Notes: generated from the sequence alone by a model not told the origin. Shown: positions 1 through 10,118, counted from the stretch's first letter. The stretch: 64,000 nucleotides of DNA from Chloroflexota bacterium (GCA_003228685.1 QIFC01000116.1:9800-73799); one strand, 5' to 3'. Made by a program: numbers and translations.

Positions 1-1
1 G

Positions 2-451
2 CGCTTAGGTGCCTTCTTCGTACTGTTTGCGAGCTTGGCATTGGGCACGGCATGTGGCGATAGTGACAGCGCGAACGACGCCGCGAACCGCACGCCGCAG
101 CCCAACGCAACCGAGGTTCCACGAACGGCCAACGAAGGCGGAGAGCCCCCGATCTTCTGGCGAACAGCAGACAACTTCGCGTCCGTACGTGCCGACGAGC
201 CGTACAAGGTCGTTTTCAGAATCACCAGCGGCTACGACGAGGAAGCGATCTCGCTTGTCTTGGCGCCCAAGGGCTCCGACGAAGAAATCGGGATCACGCC
301 CAACAGAGCCGAGCCAGAAGGCGACGATCTACCGGGCTCATACTATCCCACGTCCCTCTTGCTCTCGAAGCCGGGTACGTGGGAGCTAACCATCGTGGCG
401 GGCGATGATACGGCTACTGTCCAATTCGAGGTGGCTGAGCCGGCCGGCTGA
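2..451 (+). CDS. putative lipoprotein, 5' end cut by window edge
   Basis: Frame is open from base 2. It reads ..LGAFFVLFASLALGTAC-GDSD, a signal peptide plus lipobox Cys. Same frame as track ORF 35..451. No family recognised. Confidence 0.5.
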   Translation, partial: RLGAFFVLFASLALGTACGDSDSANDAANRTPQPNATEVPRTANEGGEPPIFWRTADNFASVRADEPYKVVFRITSGYDEEAISLVLAPKGSDEEIGITPNRAEPEGDDLPGSYYPTSLLLSKPGTWELTIVAGDDTATVQFEVAEPAG

Positions 452-474
452 AGCTGGGCGGCTGACGCCGCCGC

Positions 475-1224
475 CTAGTCGCCGGAGCCGAAGTAGAGGT
501 CGTCGTAGAAGACATCAGCCGACGACCGCCCGTCATCTGGCGTACGATCGTCCCATCGGACCTCGAACAGGACACGCAGCCGATCGAAACCTTCCGGGAC
601 AACTCCCCAAAGCTCTAGGAAGTCCTGCCGCACGTCGCGCTCAAAGCGCACCCACTCGCCAACGCGGGGCTGTTCTTCTGACACCATCACATAGCGGGCG
701 TTGCTGATTTGCGTTGGCTGGCTGTCCACGCCGGCGAGGATATACCTGATCTGGTGATTTCCAATGCCCGCAACCTCTGGCGGAACGTTGTCAGCGTCCC
801 ACACAATGACGACAGCCTGCAAATACTGAATCGGGGTGCCTTTGTCCCAACGCTCGACGAAGTACTCCGCGGATAGCGTTTCTGGAAAGGTGACGGTGGC
901 GACCTCTTGATTCACACCATAGACGCGCACCTCGCCGCCATCGTCAGACCTGAGTTGCAAGAGCGCGCTCTGATCGCCAGTGTACGCTCGCTCGTCACTG
1001 ATTGAAAACGGCGTGCCCCACGCGGAACTGTCCAACGAGCACCAGGACTGCGCCCCTTCTTCGAAGCCGCCATTAGCCAAGAGATTGCCGTCTCCCGCTA
1101 TAGCTTCCGTGATCGTGGGCTGCTGGCATGGAGTAGTCGCCTCGCCTCTGAGCGTCTCGGCGCCACAGGAAACGAGGAACGCCGCGGCAACGAGAGCTAA
1201 CGCGAGCAGGTATGTACCTCGCAT
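475..1224 (-). CDS. putative lipoprotein with CBM4/9-like sugar-binding module
   Basis: N-terminus MRGTYLLALALVAAAFLVSCG is a signal peptide plus lipobox. The NLLANGGFEEG...W motif resembles CBM4_9-type modules (from memory). Confidence 0.5.
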   Translation of the reverse strand: MRGTYLLALALVAAAFLVSCGAETLRGEATTPCQQPTITEAIAGDGNLLANGGFEEGAQSWCSLDSSAWGTPFSISDERAYTGDQSALLQLRSDDGGEVRVYGVNQEVATVTFPETLSAEYFVERWDKGTPIQYLQAVVIVWDADNVPPEVAGIGNHQIRYILAGVDSQPTQISNARYVMVSEEQPRVGEWVRFERDVRQDFLELWGVVPEGFDRLRVLFEVRWDDRTPDDGRSSADVFYDDLYFGSGD

Positions 1225-1742
1225 TATCCGAGGATGTCCGGCTCGAACGTTACCAGATCACCGACCTGGAGGTCCCAAGTCTGGATCACGCCAGCGTTCA
1301 CCTCAAGGACATACTTCACGGGCTCGCTGGGACTGATCCCGGTCAAGACTTCGTCATTGTTTGCCGCTGGGTGTGGGACGTTCTCCGTCAGGTCGACCAC
1401 GGTTCCATTCGTGGATATCCACACGAAATCAAGCGAGATCAGCATGTTGCTCATGTGGAAGCCGGGCACGCGTTCCTCAGTCATGAAGAAGAGCATGCCC
1501 GCGTCGTCAGCCAGCGATATCCGGCCGCTCAGCCCTTGCCCGCGCTCCTCCGCCGTGACCGCCGTGTCAGCCCGGATCACCAGCTCGCGAATGTAGACTT
1601 GGACGCTCTCCGGTGGCGTTGGCGCGGCGGCGGCCCGCTCAGTCGCGACAGGCGTGCCTTGGGGACGCTCGTCGGAGTCACCACAGCCCGCGATGAGCAC
1701 GACAGCCAGACCCAAGAGCGTAACGAACGCGCGTAAGGACAC
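1224..1742 (-). CDS. DUF192 (COG1430) family secreted protein
   Basis: Signal/lipobox VLIAGCG. Core GLSGR..L..DAGMLFF......FHMSNM.ISLDFVWI..NG.VV matches the DUF192 pattern. One-base overlap with the downstream gene. Confidence 0.7.
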   Translation of the reverse strand: MSLRAFVTLLGLAVVLIAGCGDSDERPQGTPVATERAAAAPTPPESVQVYIRELVIRADTAVTAEERGQGLSGRISLADDAGMLFFMTEERVPGFHMSNMLISLDFVWISTNGTVVDLTENVPHPAANNDEVLTGISPSEPVKYVLEVNAGVIQTWDLQVGDLVTFEPDILG

Positions 1743-1749
1743 GGTCTTC

Positions 1750-4392
1750 CTACGGTGGAAGCTGGTCTACCAGCCCCGCAGTGAACTGCAAGATCAGCGC
1801 CGCATCGATCGCGTTGATACGGCCATCGCCATTCGCGTCGGCGTTGGCTTGGCACGGGAGCGATTCCACGAGGCCCGCGACGAGCTGCTGCACTAGTGCG
1901 GCGTCGATCGCGTTCACCTCGCCGCTGCAATCCGCATCGCCCTGCGAAAGGACGATGATGCGCCCCAGCTGCAGGGCCGGATGGATCGCACAGTAATAGA
2001 GATAGGTGCCCGGCGAATCGAACGTGTACTCGAAGGTACCACCGCCATCGACGAGACCAGAGTCGAACTCCGGCGATAGCGTTGGGCTGCTGCAGGACTC
2101 ACCACACTCTGTCACCGTGTGGCCGACCTCCGCGGGACCAAAGTCCCACTGCACGGTCGTGCCGGGGTCGATTATTGTGTCGCAGACGTCACCCTGGAAC
2201 AGTGGGCCACAGAACCAGATATCGCCCACGGCAACCGTGGCGACGCCGGGATCCGCCTTTTGGAAGCACTTCATCGCATTCACATCGTCCGCGACCCGGA
2301 GACCAAGTTGGCCGGCGCTGAAGTGTACGCTTGGCCCTGGCCGCAAGACATCCGCCCCGCTGGCACCCAGGTCGTCTAATGTCGGCGAATCGGCGCTGAG
2401 CGAGAACAGGATCGTGTCGAAGTCAGGGTCGTAGAGCGACCCGAAGCCAACGTCGGAGATGCACATCCCATCAATGTCGTCGCCGGGCTGCAGTCCCAGC
2501 GTTTGGGCGGACGCATACAAGCCTGGCTCGACGATGCCTGCGGCCCAAAGAATATCGGCTGGGCTTCGACCGAAGGCAGCGAGCGAAGGGGAGCCTTCCG
2601 ATAGCGAGAAGAAGACTGTGTCGTCCAGCGTGCCATCGCCGATGACATCGACCGCAGACGGTGGCTGCTCGTTTAGCGCATCAAGGTCGTCCGAGGTTGG
2701 AAGCTCGATCAGTCCCAGTGGATGGCTCGTCGGGCAGGGGCCCTCAACGCCATCGCCGTCAAAGAAGAGGACGTTCGTCGCATCCGCATTCGTCGCGAAT
2801 TCATCAGCCTGAGGTTGCGCAGGCGAGCATGCGGCTTGTTGCGCGACGCCACTGCCGCCTAGGCCCGTGCTACCAGGCGCGACCGAGAACGCAAGATACC
2901 AGTCGTTCTCCTCGAAGTCTTTGCCGAAGGAGAGCGCGTCAAGGTCATCCTGGTCGCCGTCCAGGCCGTCATCGCAGCCATCCGAGGTCAAGCCCAAGTT
3001 CTCGCAGGGGATGAAGACAGGCAGGCCCGCTCCTGAAATGCCGCCAGTGCCGATGAAGTCGACGGTCAGGACGAGATTGCCAGCGAGGCCTGCGAAGCCA
3101 CCCGCCTGGAGATAGTAAGTCGTGTTCGCCTCGAGCGGCAGGGTCAGTTCCGATTGGAGCCCCCCGGAGCTATCGTCGTTGCATTCTAGCGCTGTCAGCG
3201 AGGTGAGGTTCGTGCCGGTATAGATCGCAAGGACGGTATCGTAGTTGCTTCCGGCGGTCGACGCTATCACTGTTCCCGCCGACGGTGTGGTGAACGTATA
3301 CCAGACGGTCGCGCCTTTAGCGTTGAAGATAATGCACCCTGCTGGATTCAGTTGCTCGCCCTCTTCGATCGTTGCCCCAACCGTGCTCTGTGCGCCGCTG
3401 AACGGAAACGTTTGGATGGGAAACGCGCCCACGAAGTCGTCGTTTCCTCGCGGTGAAGGCGCCGGCACGCCAAAGCCAAATAGGTCCGCCGGATGAGCGC
3501 CCGACGGGCCGCCAGCGGCGACGGAGAATGTCGGATCTTCCGGCAGCGCCGGTTCTGTTGGCGTAGAGGTAGGGGTCGGAGAGATCGGCGTGTTGGTCGG
3601 CGTCGACGGGCAGACCGCTTCCGGGCACGGAGTGATTGTTGGCGTCGGGGTGAGCGTAGGCGTACAGGACTCCGGCGGGCAGAACGTTGGGCTGGGCGTT
3701 GGCGTTTTGGCCACGCCTACAGTAATTGAGATTCTTTCCACACAGACCTGAGCCGGGAAGCCCGGCACGGGGTCTCTTGGGTCAAGGCTTGGCTGGAACA
3801 GTGAAACGCACGGGTCCAGCTGAGCGCCGTAGGTGACCCCAACCGGCGGCCATGAATCGATCAGCTCCTGGGAATCGCCGTCGCCCGGCCAGAGGCGGAT
3901 CGGTTCCTCATTGTGCAGGACCAACTCGCTCCGGGGGCTGGCCGGGACGTGCGCCTCTACGAAGAGATCGAAGAAACTGTGAGCCGGGAACTGGTCAGGT
4001 GGCTCCTGCAAGCTGCGGATCTCGCCGAGCGATGCGAGGTCGGGGCTCTGGTTGATGCTCACAGGGCCGGTTAAGCTGTTGCCCTGCAAGTTGATCGAAG
4101 TAATTTCGGCGATTACGACCTCGACGCCCGTCGTCTCGTCGATGACGGGGTCGCCGCGCTCTACATCAAACGTACCACTGAGAGAGATCGTCTCCTCGCC
4201 AAGGCGGCTGCTAATGCTCACCTCGGCGGTTACGTTGAACGTGTCCGAGCCGGCTGGTGGAAGCGCGTTGACTGATTGCGTCAGAGAGATGACGCCGACG
4301 GCGACGAGTCCGAGCAGCAGCCCGAAAGGAACCAGAATCGTTGGAATGGCACGCCTGAGACTCAAAGCAACAATATCCCTTCCTCCCCACAA
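1750..4392 (-). CDS. large secreted multidomain protein (PT-rich linker, cupredoxin-like domain, C-terminal dockerin-like repeats)
   Basis: 880 aa with an N-terminal membrane anchor/signal. TPTP-rich linker. Repeated DD(L/I/V)(D/N)A(L/M) modules. Cupredoxin signature GHTV...YLYYCAIHP. C-terminal pair DCSGEVNAIDAALVQQ / DANGDGRINAIDAALILQ resembles type-I dockerin EF-hand repeats. Confidence 0.65.
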   Translation of the reverse strand: MWGGRDIVALSLRRAIPTILVPFGLLLGLVAVGVISLTQSVNALPPAGSDTFNVTAEVSISSRLGEETISLSGTFDVERGDPVIDETTGVEVVIAEITSINLQGNSLTGPVSINQSPDLASLGEIRSLQEPPDQFPAHSFFDLFVEAHVPASPRSELVLHNEEPIRLWPGDGDSQELIDSWPPVGVTYGAQLDPCVSLFQPSLDPRDPVPGFPAQVCVERISITVGVAKTPTPSPTFCPPESCTPTLTPTPTITPCPEAVCPSTPTNTPISPTPTSTPTEPALPEDPTFSVAAGGPSGAHPADLFGFGVPAPSPRGNDDFVGAFPIQTFPFSGAQSTVGATIEEGEQLNPAGCIIFNAKGATVWYTFTTPSAGTVIASTAGSNYDTVLAIYTGTNLTSLTALECNDDSSGGLQSELTLPLEANTTYYLQAGGFAGLAGNLVLTVDFIGTGGISGAGLPVFIPCENLGLTSDGCDDGLDGDQDDLDALSFGKDFEENDWYLAFSVAPGSTGLGGSGVAQQAACSPAQPQADEFATNADATNVLFFDGDGVEGPCPTSHPLGLIELPTSDDLDALNEQPPSAVDVIGDGTLDDTVFFSLSEGSPSLAAFGRSPADILWAAGIVEPGLYASAQTLGLQPGDDIDGMCISDVGFGSLYDPDFDTILFSLSADSPTLDDLGASGADVLRPGPSVHFSAGQLGLRVADDVNAMKCFQKADPGVATVAVGDIWFCGPLFQGDVCDTIIDPGTTVQWDFGPAEVGHTVTECGESCSSPTLSPEFDSGLVDGGGTFEYTFDSPGTYLYYCAIHPALQLGRIIVLSQGDADCSGEVNAIDAALVQQLVAGLVESLPCQANADANGDGRINAIDAALILQFTAGLVDQLPP

Positions 4393-4472
4393 GCAGGCAG
4401 GTGCGAGTTAGCTTTATGTAGCCTACGGGCCTCCAATGCAGGCGTCAAGCCAGATTTGGACTGCGGCCTTAG

Positions 4473-5885
4473 CTAGGGCGGATACCAGATATCTCGTTCG
4501 GTTGGGGCCGCTTCGCCTCGATTCAAGTGCCACGGCGTAATGACCTCCAGATCCTTGTCGTATGCGATCCGCACTGCGGACGCCAGCATCATGCCATCGT
4601 TTGGAGCTAGGGAAAGTGATCTCGGATGCTGTGTCACAATCAAACGTCCGTCTTCGGGCAGGTCTGGATAGGTGGCCTTGAGACTCGCGATGAAGACGCC
4701 GGCCTCCTCTCCCTTCGCTGTCCACCAGTTCTGCTGGTCCATGTTCAGCACTCCAAGCCACAGCATGACGCCCGCCGTCAGAGCCGCGCCCGCGCCCAGG
4801 CGGGCCACATCCAGCTTCAGTGAGGGAGCCAGTTCGATAGCGCGCGCGATTCCGATGCCGCCCAGTATCGCCAACCCGACGAGGGGTAGGTAGAGATAGC
4901 GGCCCACCAACCATACTTGCGGGAAGACCAGCACCGGACCGATCGCAAGGAGGAACCAGCCCGCCAGGAACCACTCCCTCCGCGAGCCAAGCACGGCCGC
5001 GGCCACCACGGCCGCGATCACAGCCATGCCTGCGGCGCCCTGCTGAACGCTCAGCACAGACGTCTGAGACGTCTCGCCAACAATCGGCGCGGCCACGAGC
5101 GAGGCGAGGATATGGATGTTGACAAATACTTCAATGCTGAAGATGTCATTGTCGCCGTTTGCGGCCAGGTTGCCCACGAGCGTCAGCCGCAGCGGGAAAT
5201 ACACCAGCGGCAGCAAAAGGAAGGGCAGTAGCCCCCACGGCACCCGGCGTTCCCGGAGGAACCCAGGATCGCCCAGTAGGACGTGATAGCCCGCGATGAT
5301 CGGCACGAGCACGATACCCGATTCCTTCGCTCCCAGAGCAAACAGGACCGCGCAGAACGACAAGCTCGTCAGGGCAACGCGGGCTCTGCCTTCGACCTCC
5401 AGAGCTTTCGCGTAGAGCAGCACGGCGCTCAGGCTGAAGAAGACCAGAAGCAGATCCGTCGTCGATGACACCCACACGACCGCGTCCGCATATTGCGGAT
5501 GAAACGCCCAGATGATCGCGCCCACAACCGAGGCGACGTTCGAATTAGTGAGGCGCTTCGCCAACATGTAGACCAGCACCGCGTTCGCGCTGTGCATCGT
5601 TGCGTTGAAGACGTAATACGGCAGCGGATTCGTGCCGAAGGCCTGATACTCGAACCAGAAGACGGTGTAGTAGATGGGGCGGTAGAGATCGCCTGTGCCG
5701 ATCACGTTCCTGCCACCGTCGCTGGGATCGAAGATACGAAGGAAAAACGTCGTCGCGTCTGTACTGCGAATGGCGTCGAGGTGATTGAAGTCGAGGACAG
5801 CGAAGAGCCCGTCGAACGATGGTACGAAGAGGAGAAACGCTGCCAGAAACACGCCGGCCGGGGCCAGTCTGGACGCCTGGGCCAC
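4473..5885 (-). CDS. polytopic membrane protein, GT-C (ArnT/PMT-like) glycosyltransferase-like
   Basis: Many hydrophobic helices. Start re-picked at GTG 5885 (SD AGAGGGAAG 5 nt upstream), which avoids a ~100-nt overlap with fabF. Family assignment is by general resemblance only. Confidence 0.45.
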   Translation of the reverse strand: MAQASRLAPAGVFLAAFLLFVPSFDGLFAVLDFNHLDAIRSTDATTFFLRIFDPSDGGRNVIGTGDLYRPIYYTVFWFEYQAFGTNPLPYYVFNATMHSANAVLVYMLAKRLTNSNVASVVGAIIWAFHPQYADAVVWVSSTTDLLLVFFSLSAVLLYAKALEVEGRARVALTSLSFCAVLFALGAKESGIVLVPIIAGYHVLLGDPGFLRERRVPWGLLPFLLLPLVYFPLRLTLVGNLAANGDNDIFSIEVFVNIHILASLVAAPIVGETSQTSVLSVQQGAAGMAVIAAVVAAAVLGSRREWFLAGWFLLAIGPVLVFPQVWLVGRYLYLPLVGLAILGGIGIARAIELAPSLKLDVARLGAGAALTAGVMLWLGVLNMDQQNWWTAKGEEAGVFIASLKATYPDLPEDGRLIVTQHPRSLSLAPNDGMMLASAVRIAYDKDLEVITPWHLNRGEAAPTERDIWYPP

Positions 5886-5895
5886 GAGCTTCCCT

Positions 5896-7140
5896 CTATT
5901 CGTGATAACGGCGCATGACAAGCGACCCGTTCTGGCCGCCCAGCCCGAAGGAGTTCGAAAGCACAGCATCGACTTCATGCGCGCGAGCTTCATTCGGGAC
6001 GTAGTCTAGGTCGCACTCCGGATCGGGATGTTCGTAGTTGATCGTCGGAGGCAACATGTTGTCGCGAATCGTGAGCACGGCGACCACGGCCTCCACCCCT
6101 CCGGCGCCTGACCCTGAGTGGCCGATCATCGATTTGATCGAACTGATCGGAACGCGCCGCGCATCCTGTTCACCCAAGGCGATCTTGATCGCCGCCGTCT
6201 CTGCCTTGTCGTTCAACTGCGTTGATGTCCCGTGGGCATTGATGTAGCTCACATCTTCCGGCTTGAGTCCGGCTGACCGCAGCGCCCGTTGCATAGCCAG
6301 CGCTTGGCCTCGGTAATCGGGCGCCGTGTCGTCCGTCGCGTCGAACGACCAGCCAGCACCGGCGAACTCGGCTAAGATCGACGCGCCGCGCTCCTGTGCT
6401 CGCTCCTCCGTCTCCAGGAGCAACATCCCCGCGCCCTCCGCGAGCACGAAGCCCGTGCGCGTCGCGTCGAACGGACGGGATGCGCGATGCGGATCGTCGT
6501 TCCCCTCTTTTGTAAGGGCGCCGAGCACGCCCATCGTGGCGATGCCGACCGGCGTGACAACTGCTTCCGCCGCCCCCGCCAGCAGCACATCTGCCGCGCC
6601 GCTCTGGATCATGTTGAGCGCCTGCCCCAGCGCATCGGTGCCGGACGCGCAGGCGGAGTTGATCGTGGAGTTCGGCCCGCGCACGCCCAGCACTCTCCCC
6701 ACGCGCGCGGCAGCCATGTAGGCGCCGTACTTGGGGATCAGCAGCGGGTTCACCCTGTGGGCCCCACGCGTCTCAATGACGTGCTCCTGATTGCCCATCT
6801 CGAACACGCCACCCGCGGATGCCACGATCACGCCAATCTCATCGCGGTTTGAATCGTCAATCTCAAGGGCGGCGGAGCAGAGCGCCTGCTTGCTAGCCGC
6901 AACGGCTAACTGGGCAAAACGGCCCGAGCGGCGAGCCATCCTGTGGTCCATATACTGCCTCGGGTCGAAGTCCTTGATCTCGCCAGCAATCTTGATCTGC
7001 TGCTGGGTGGTATCGAAGCCCCGAATGAGGTCGATGCCGGGAGTGCCGGCCAATAGGTTCTTCCAGCTGCTTTCGACATCCAGCCCCACCGGAGTAAGAA
7101 GGCCTATCCCCGTGACGACGACTCGACGTGATCCGCTCAT
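5896..7140 (-). CDS. fabF: beta-ketoacyl-ACP synthase II
   Basis: RRVVVTGIGLLTPVG N-terminus, active-site ACASG, HGTSTQLND and GHSGSGAGG motifs. Start re-picked at ATG 7140, preceded by GGAGG. Confidence 0.9.
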   Translation of the reverse strand: MSGSRRVVVTGIGLLTPVGLDVESSWKNLLAGTPGIDLIRGFDTTQQQIKIAGEIKDFDPRQYMDHRMARRSGRFAQLAVAASKQALCSAALEIDDSNRDEIGVIVASAGGVFEMGNQEHVIETRGAHRVNPLLIPKYGAYMAAARVGRVLGVRGPNSTINSACASGTDALGQALNMIQSGAADVLLAGAAEAVVTPVGIATMGVLGALTKEGNDDPHRASRPFDATRTGFVLAEGAGMLLLETEERAQERGASILAEFAGAGWSFDATDDTAPDYRGQALAMQRALRSAGLKPEDVSYINAHGTSTQLNDKAETAAIKIALGEQDARRVPISSIKSMIGHSGSGAGGVEAVVAVLTIRDNMLPPTINYEHPDPECDLDYVPNEARAHEVDAVLSNSFGLGGQNGSLVMRRYHE

Positions 7141-7426
7141 GACTACCTCCGCGTCCTCTGCGAAGTGAACATTTCTTCCCTGTTTTGCCAACCCGCCCGC
7201 GACTCTGGCGCCCCCTGGGCCGCGAGTTTGACTTACACAGCATACCAGTCCGGGCGTGGCAGGATAGGTTCGTTCAGTCACCCCGATCCAAGTGGTGGGT
7301 GCTGGCACCCTCGTAGATGGTATTCACCTCATGTCTTGGAGTATTGCGACAAGCCGGACAACGCCGGGCATCAAAAACCGCGGACATCCGTGTCCGCAGT
7401 CTGCTAGCAAGGTACCGGCCGCGCCG

Positions 7427-7867
7427 CTAGTTACCTAGGCGCCTTCGCCTATTCATCGCGCCATGTATCGCGGCCAACGTCAACTCTTCAGCCGAGTCTC
7501 CGTCTTGCGGCATGGTGGCGTAGGCCGTCTCCCACACCGTGTTGCGGATCGGCTGAGAACGCAGTCGCAGGTCGCCCTGCAAGCGGTACGCGAAGACGCG
7601 TGCCGCGACTGTGCCCGTTTCGCGCAGCCCAACCACAAGGATTTCGCTATCTAACAGGCCAACGATGTCGTCATCGCGCACTAGTCCATGTGCGTGCTGA
7701 CCGCACGCTTCAATGACTTGAGCAATGTCCTCGCCCGGGAGTCGCTGCGGAACACCAGCGACGATCGTATACGGCTCGCCTCCCACAGCGGCTCGTTCGA
7801 CGGCGACCATGAGACGTCGCTCAAGTTCGAGGCCTCGTTCTAGCTTGACTTCTGCGTCTGAGATCAT
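7427..7867 (-). CDS. hypothetical protein, possibly a degenerate GGDEF-like domain
   Basis: VRDDDIVGLLDSEILVVGL aligns by eye to R..D.vaRlGGDEFavll. AEELTLAAIHGAMNRRRR aligns to ae.Ll..AD.AlY.AK..Gr. The GGDEF signature itself is absent. Confidence 0.3.
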   Translation of the reverse strand: MISDAEVKLERGLELERRLMVAVERAAVGGEPYTIVAGVPQRLPGEDIAQVIEACGQHAHGLVRDDDIVGLLDSEILVVGLRETGTVAARVFAYRLQGDLRLRSQPIRNTVWETAYATMPQDGDSAEELTLAAIHGAMNRRRRLGN

Positions 7868-7944
7868 TTTTTCCCTTCAGCTAACCGAACGCTTCCTATG
7901 CGGGATCGTTTCTGCTATACCTTGCAACCTGAGGAGGCAGCCAC

Positions 7945-9165
7945 ATGTCAGGTGCGCTAGAAGGCGTTCGAATCCTCGATATGACGATCTGGCAGCAAGG
8001 TACGTCTGCTTCGGCCATGCTCGCCGACCTGGGCGCGGACGTCATCAAGATCGAGGAAGCAGAACGTGGCGACCCTGGACGCGGGCTGCACGTCATCGAA
8101 CGTGTCGGCGGGCTCAGCGCCTACTTCCAAGCCCTCAATCGAGGCAAGCGTTCGATCGCGCTCGATCTGAAACAGCCAGAGGCCCGCAGCGTCTTCTTCC
8201 GCCTCGCTGAAGGGGCCGACGTATTCTTGACGAACTACCGGCCCGGCGTCGCCGAGCGCCTCGGCATCGGCTACAAAGAGACGTCGAAGGCAAACCCAGC
8301 AATCATCTACGCTCGCGCGTCCGGCTACGGACGAGACGGACCGGAGGCGATGCAGGGATCGTTCGACATCCTGGGCCAGGCACGGGGCGGCCTGATGGCC
8401 ATCACGGGCGACCCCGACAGGACGCCCAAGAACACGGGCGCCCCAATCGCCGATCAGGTTGGCGGCATGATGGCCGCCTTCGGGATCCTTGCCGCGCTGC
8501 TTCATCGTCAGCGAACGGGCGAAGGCCAGGAGGTCGACGTCTCGCTGCTCGGCAGCGTGATGGCGCTCCAGTCGTTCAACATCACCAGCCACCTCTTCTC
8601 CGGCGAGCTGCCCGATCGGTTCCCCCGGGCCGGACACACACCGTTCTGGAATGTGTATCAAGGTAATACCGGCGAGTACTTCGCTATCGGCATGCTCTTG
8701 AACCGCGGCTGGTCCGACGTCTGCGACGTGATCGGACGCGGCGACCTTGAGCATGACGAGCGGTTCGACAGCTACCGGGGCCGCGTGGTCGACAACAGAT
8801 TGGAACTCATCGAGATTCTCGATAGCGAGTTCGCCAAGCGTCCTGCCGCCGAATGGGTGGAGTTGCTGAGCGAACGAGGCATGTTCTGCGCGCGCGTTCA
8901 GGACTACGCGGCCATCGCGAAGGACCCGCAAGTTCTGGCAAACGGCTATATCGTCGACGTGCCGCGCCCGGACGGCGATCCCGTGCGCATGGTCGCGACG
9001 CCCGTTCAATTCAGCAAGACTCCTGCGGCGATCAGGGGGCTCGCGCCCGAGCACGGCCAGCACACCGAGGAGATCCTGCTTGAGGCGGGCTACTCCTGGG
9101 ACGAGATCGAAGCGCTGCGGACCGGCGGCGCGATCGGCACCAAGCGTAACGAGCCACCATCATAG
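7945..9165 (+). CDS. family III CoA-transferase (CaiB/BaiF type)
   Basis: GVRILDMT....G..A...LADLGADVIKIE....GDP.R N-terminal signature. GGAGG upstream of the ATG. Confidence 0.85.
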   Translation: MSGALEGVRILDMTIWQQGTSASAMLADLGADVIKIEEAERGDPGRGLHVIERVGGLSAYFQALNRGKRSIALDLKQPEARSVFFRLAEGADVFLTNYRPGVAERLGIGYKETSKANPAIIYARASGYGRDGPEAMQGSFDILGQARGGLMAITGDPDRTPKNTGAPIADQVGGMMAAFGILAALLHRQRTGEGQEVDVSLLGSVMALQSFNITSHLFSGELPDRFPRAGHTPFWNVYQGNTGEYFAIGMLLNRGWSDVCDVIGRGDLEHDERFDSYRGRVVDNRLELIEILDSEFAKRPAAEWVELLSERGMFCARVQDYAAIAKDPQVLANGYIVDVPRPDGDPVRMVATPVQFSKTPAAIRGLAPEHGQHTEEILLEAGYSWDEIEALRTGGAIGTKRNEPPS

Positions 9166-9176
9166 GAGACGCGTCC

Positions 9177-10118
9177 ATGCAGATGCCCACCATCCTGATT
9201 CCCACCGGCGCGTGGAACATGCGCGCCGGAATCACCTCAGAAGAAGTGCTGGACGCCGCACGCAAGGCGGAGGAAGCCGGCATCGATGGCCTCTTCGCGG
9301 GAGACCACGTGACGTTCTACGGCAACGGCAACGACGGCCTGGTGAACCTCGCCGCCGTTGCCACAGTCACCGAACGCGCGAAGCTGATGACGAGCGTCTA
9401 TCTGCTGGCCCTGCGCCACCCGACGCCGGTCGCGCTGCAGTGCGCGATGATCGATCAACTCTCGAACGGGCGATTGATCTTGGGCGTCGGCATCGGCGGC
9501 GAGGATAAGAACGAATGGCTCGCCTGCGGCATCGACCCGAGGACGCGCGCCCGCCGCACGGACGAAGCGTTGCAGATCCTGCGATCGCTCTGGACGCAGG
9601 AAGAGACGACGTTCGAAGGCAAGTACTTCCAGCTAGACAAGGTACGCATGCAGCCAAAGCCGATGCGTGACGAAGGCATTCCGATCCACATCGGCGGGCG
9701 CTCCGACGCCGCGCTGCGACGGACGGCACGATACGGCGACGCGTGGACCGCGATCTGGGTCTCGCCGCGTCGCATGAACGAAGCGCGGGAGAAGATCGAC
9801 GAGTGGGCGGCGAAGGAAGGGCGCGACGGTAGCAAGATCGGCCTCGGTCTGCAGCTGTGGCACTCGGTCGACGCCGACCGCGACGAGGCCCGCCGGAGGC
9901 TCTCCAAGCGCATGCAGGGCTTCTACCAGATCCCGTTCGAGAACTTCGAGAAGTACTGCCCCTACGGCAAGCCGGAGGAGATCGCGGAGTACCTCGGGCC
10001 GTTCTTGGAAGCAGGCATGGACCACGTCAATCTGCTCGCCGTGCAGAGCAACCAGGAGGGCGTCGTCGAAGCGGCCGCATCCGTCAGGGAAGCGATCAGG
10101 AAGGTGGTGAGCGCGTGA
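9177..10118 (+). CDS. LLM-class (luciferase-like, probably F420-dependent) oxidoreductase
   Basis: Typical LLM layout: ..AEEAGIDGLFAGDH......LAAVA..TERAKLMTSV..LALRHP...A....D.LS.GRLILGVG.G. Confidence 0.75.
   Translation: MQMPTILIPTGAWNMRAGITSEEVLDAARKAEEAGIDGLFAGDHVTFYGNGNDGLVNLAAVATVTERAKLMTSVYLLALRHPTPVALQCAMIDQLSNGRLILGVGIGGEDKNEWLACGIDPRTRARRTDEALQILRSLWTQEETTFEGKYFQLDKVRMQPKPMRDEGIPIHIGGRSDAALRRTARYGDAWTAIWVSPRRMNEAREKIDEWAAKEGRDGSKIGLGLQLWHSVDADRDEARRRLSKRMQGFYQIPFENFEKYCPYGKPEEIAEYLGPFLEAGMDHVNLLAVQSNQEGVVEAAASVREAIRKVVSA

Noticed and set aside
5886-5993. Upstream ATG (5993) for the GT-C-like membrane protein
   Set aside because: It would overlap the 3' end of fabF by ~100 nt. GTG 5885, with a good SD, gives a non-overlapping gene that starts at the first TM helix.
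7957-9063. 368-aa ORF antisense to the CoA-transferase gene
   Set aside because: Its product is Arg/Ala/Gly-rich and low in complexity, with no recognisable motifs. The opposite strand encodes a clear family-III CoA-transferase. This is a typical high-GC shadow ORF.
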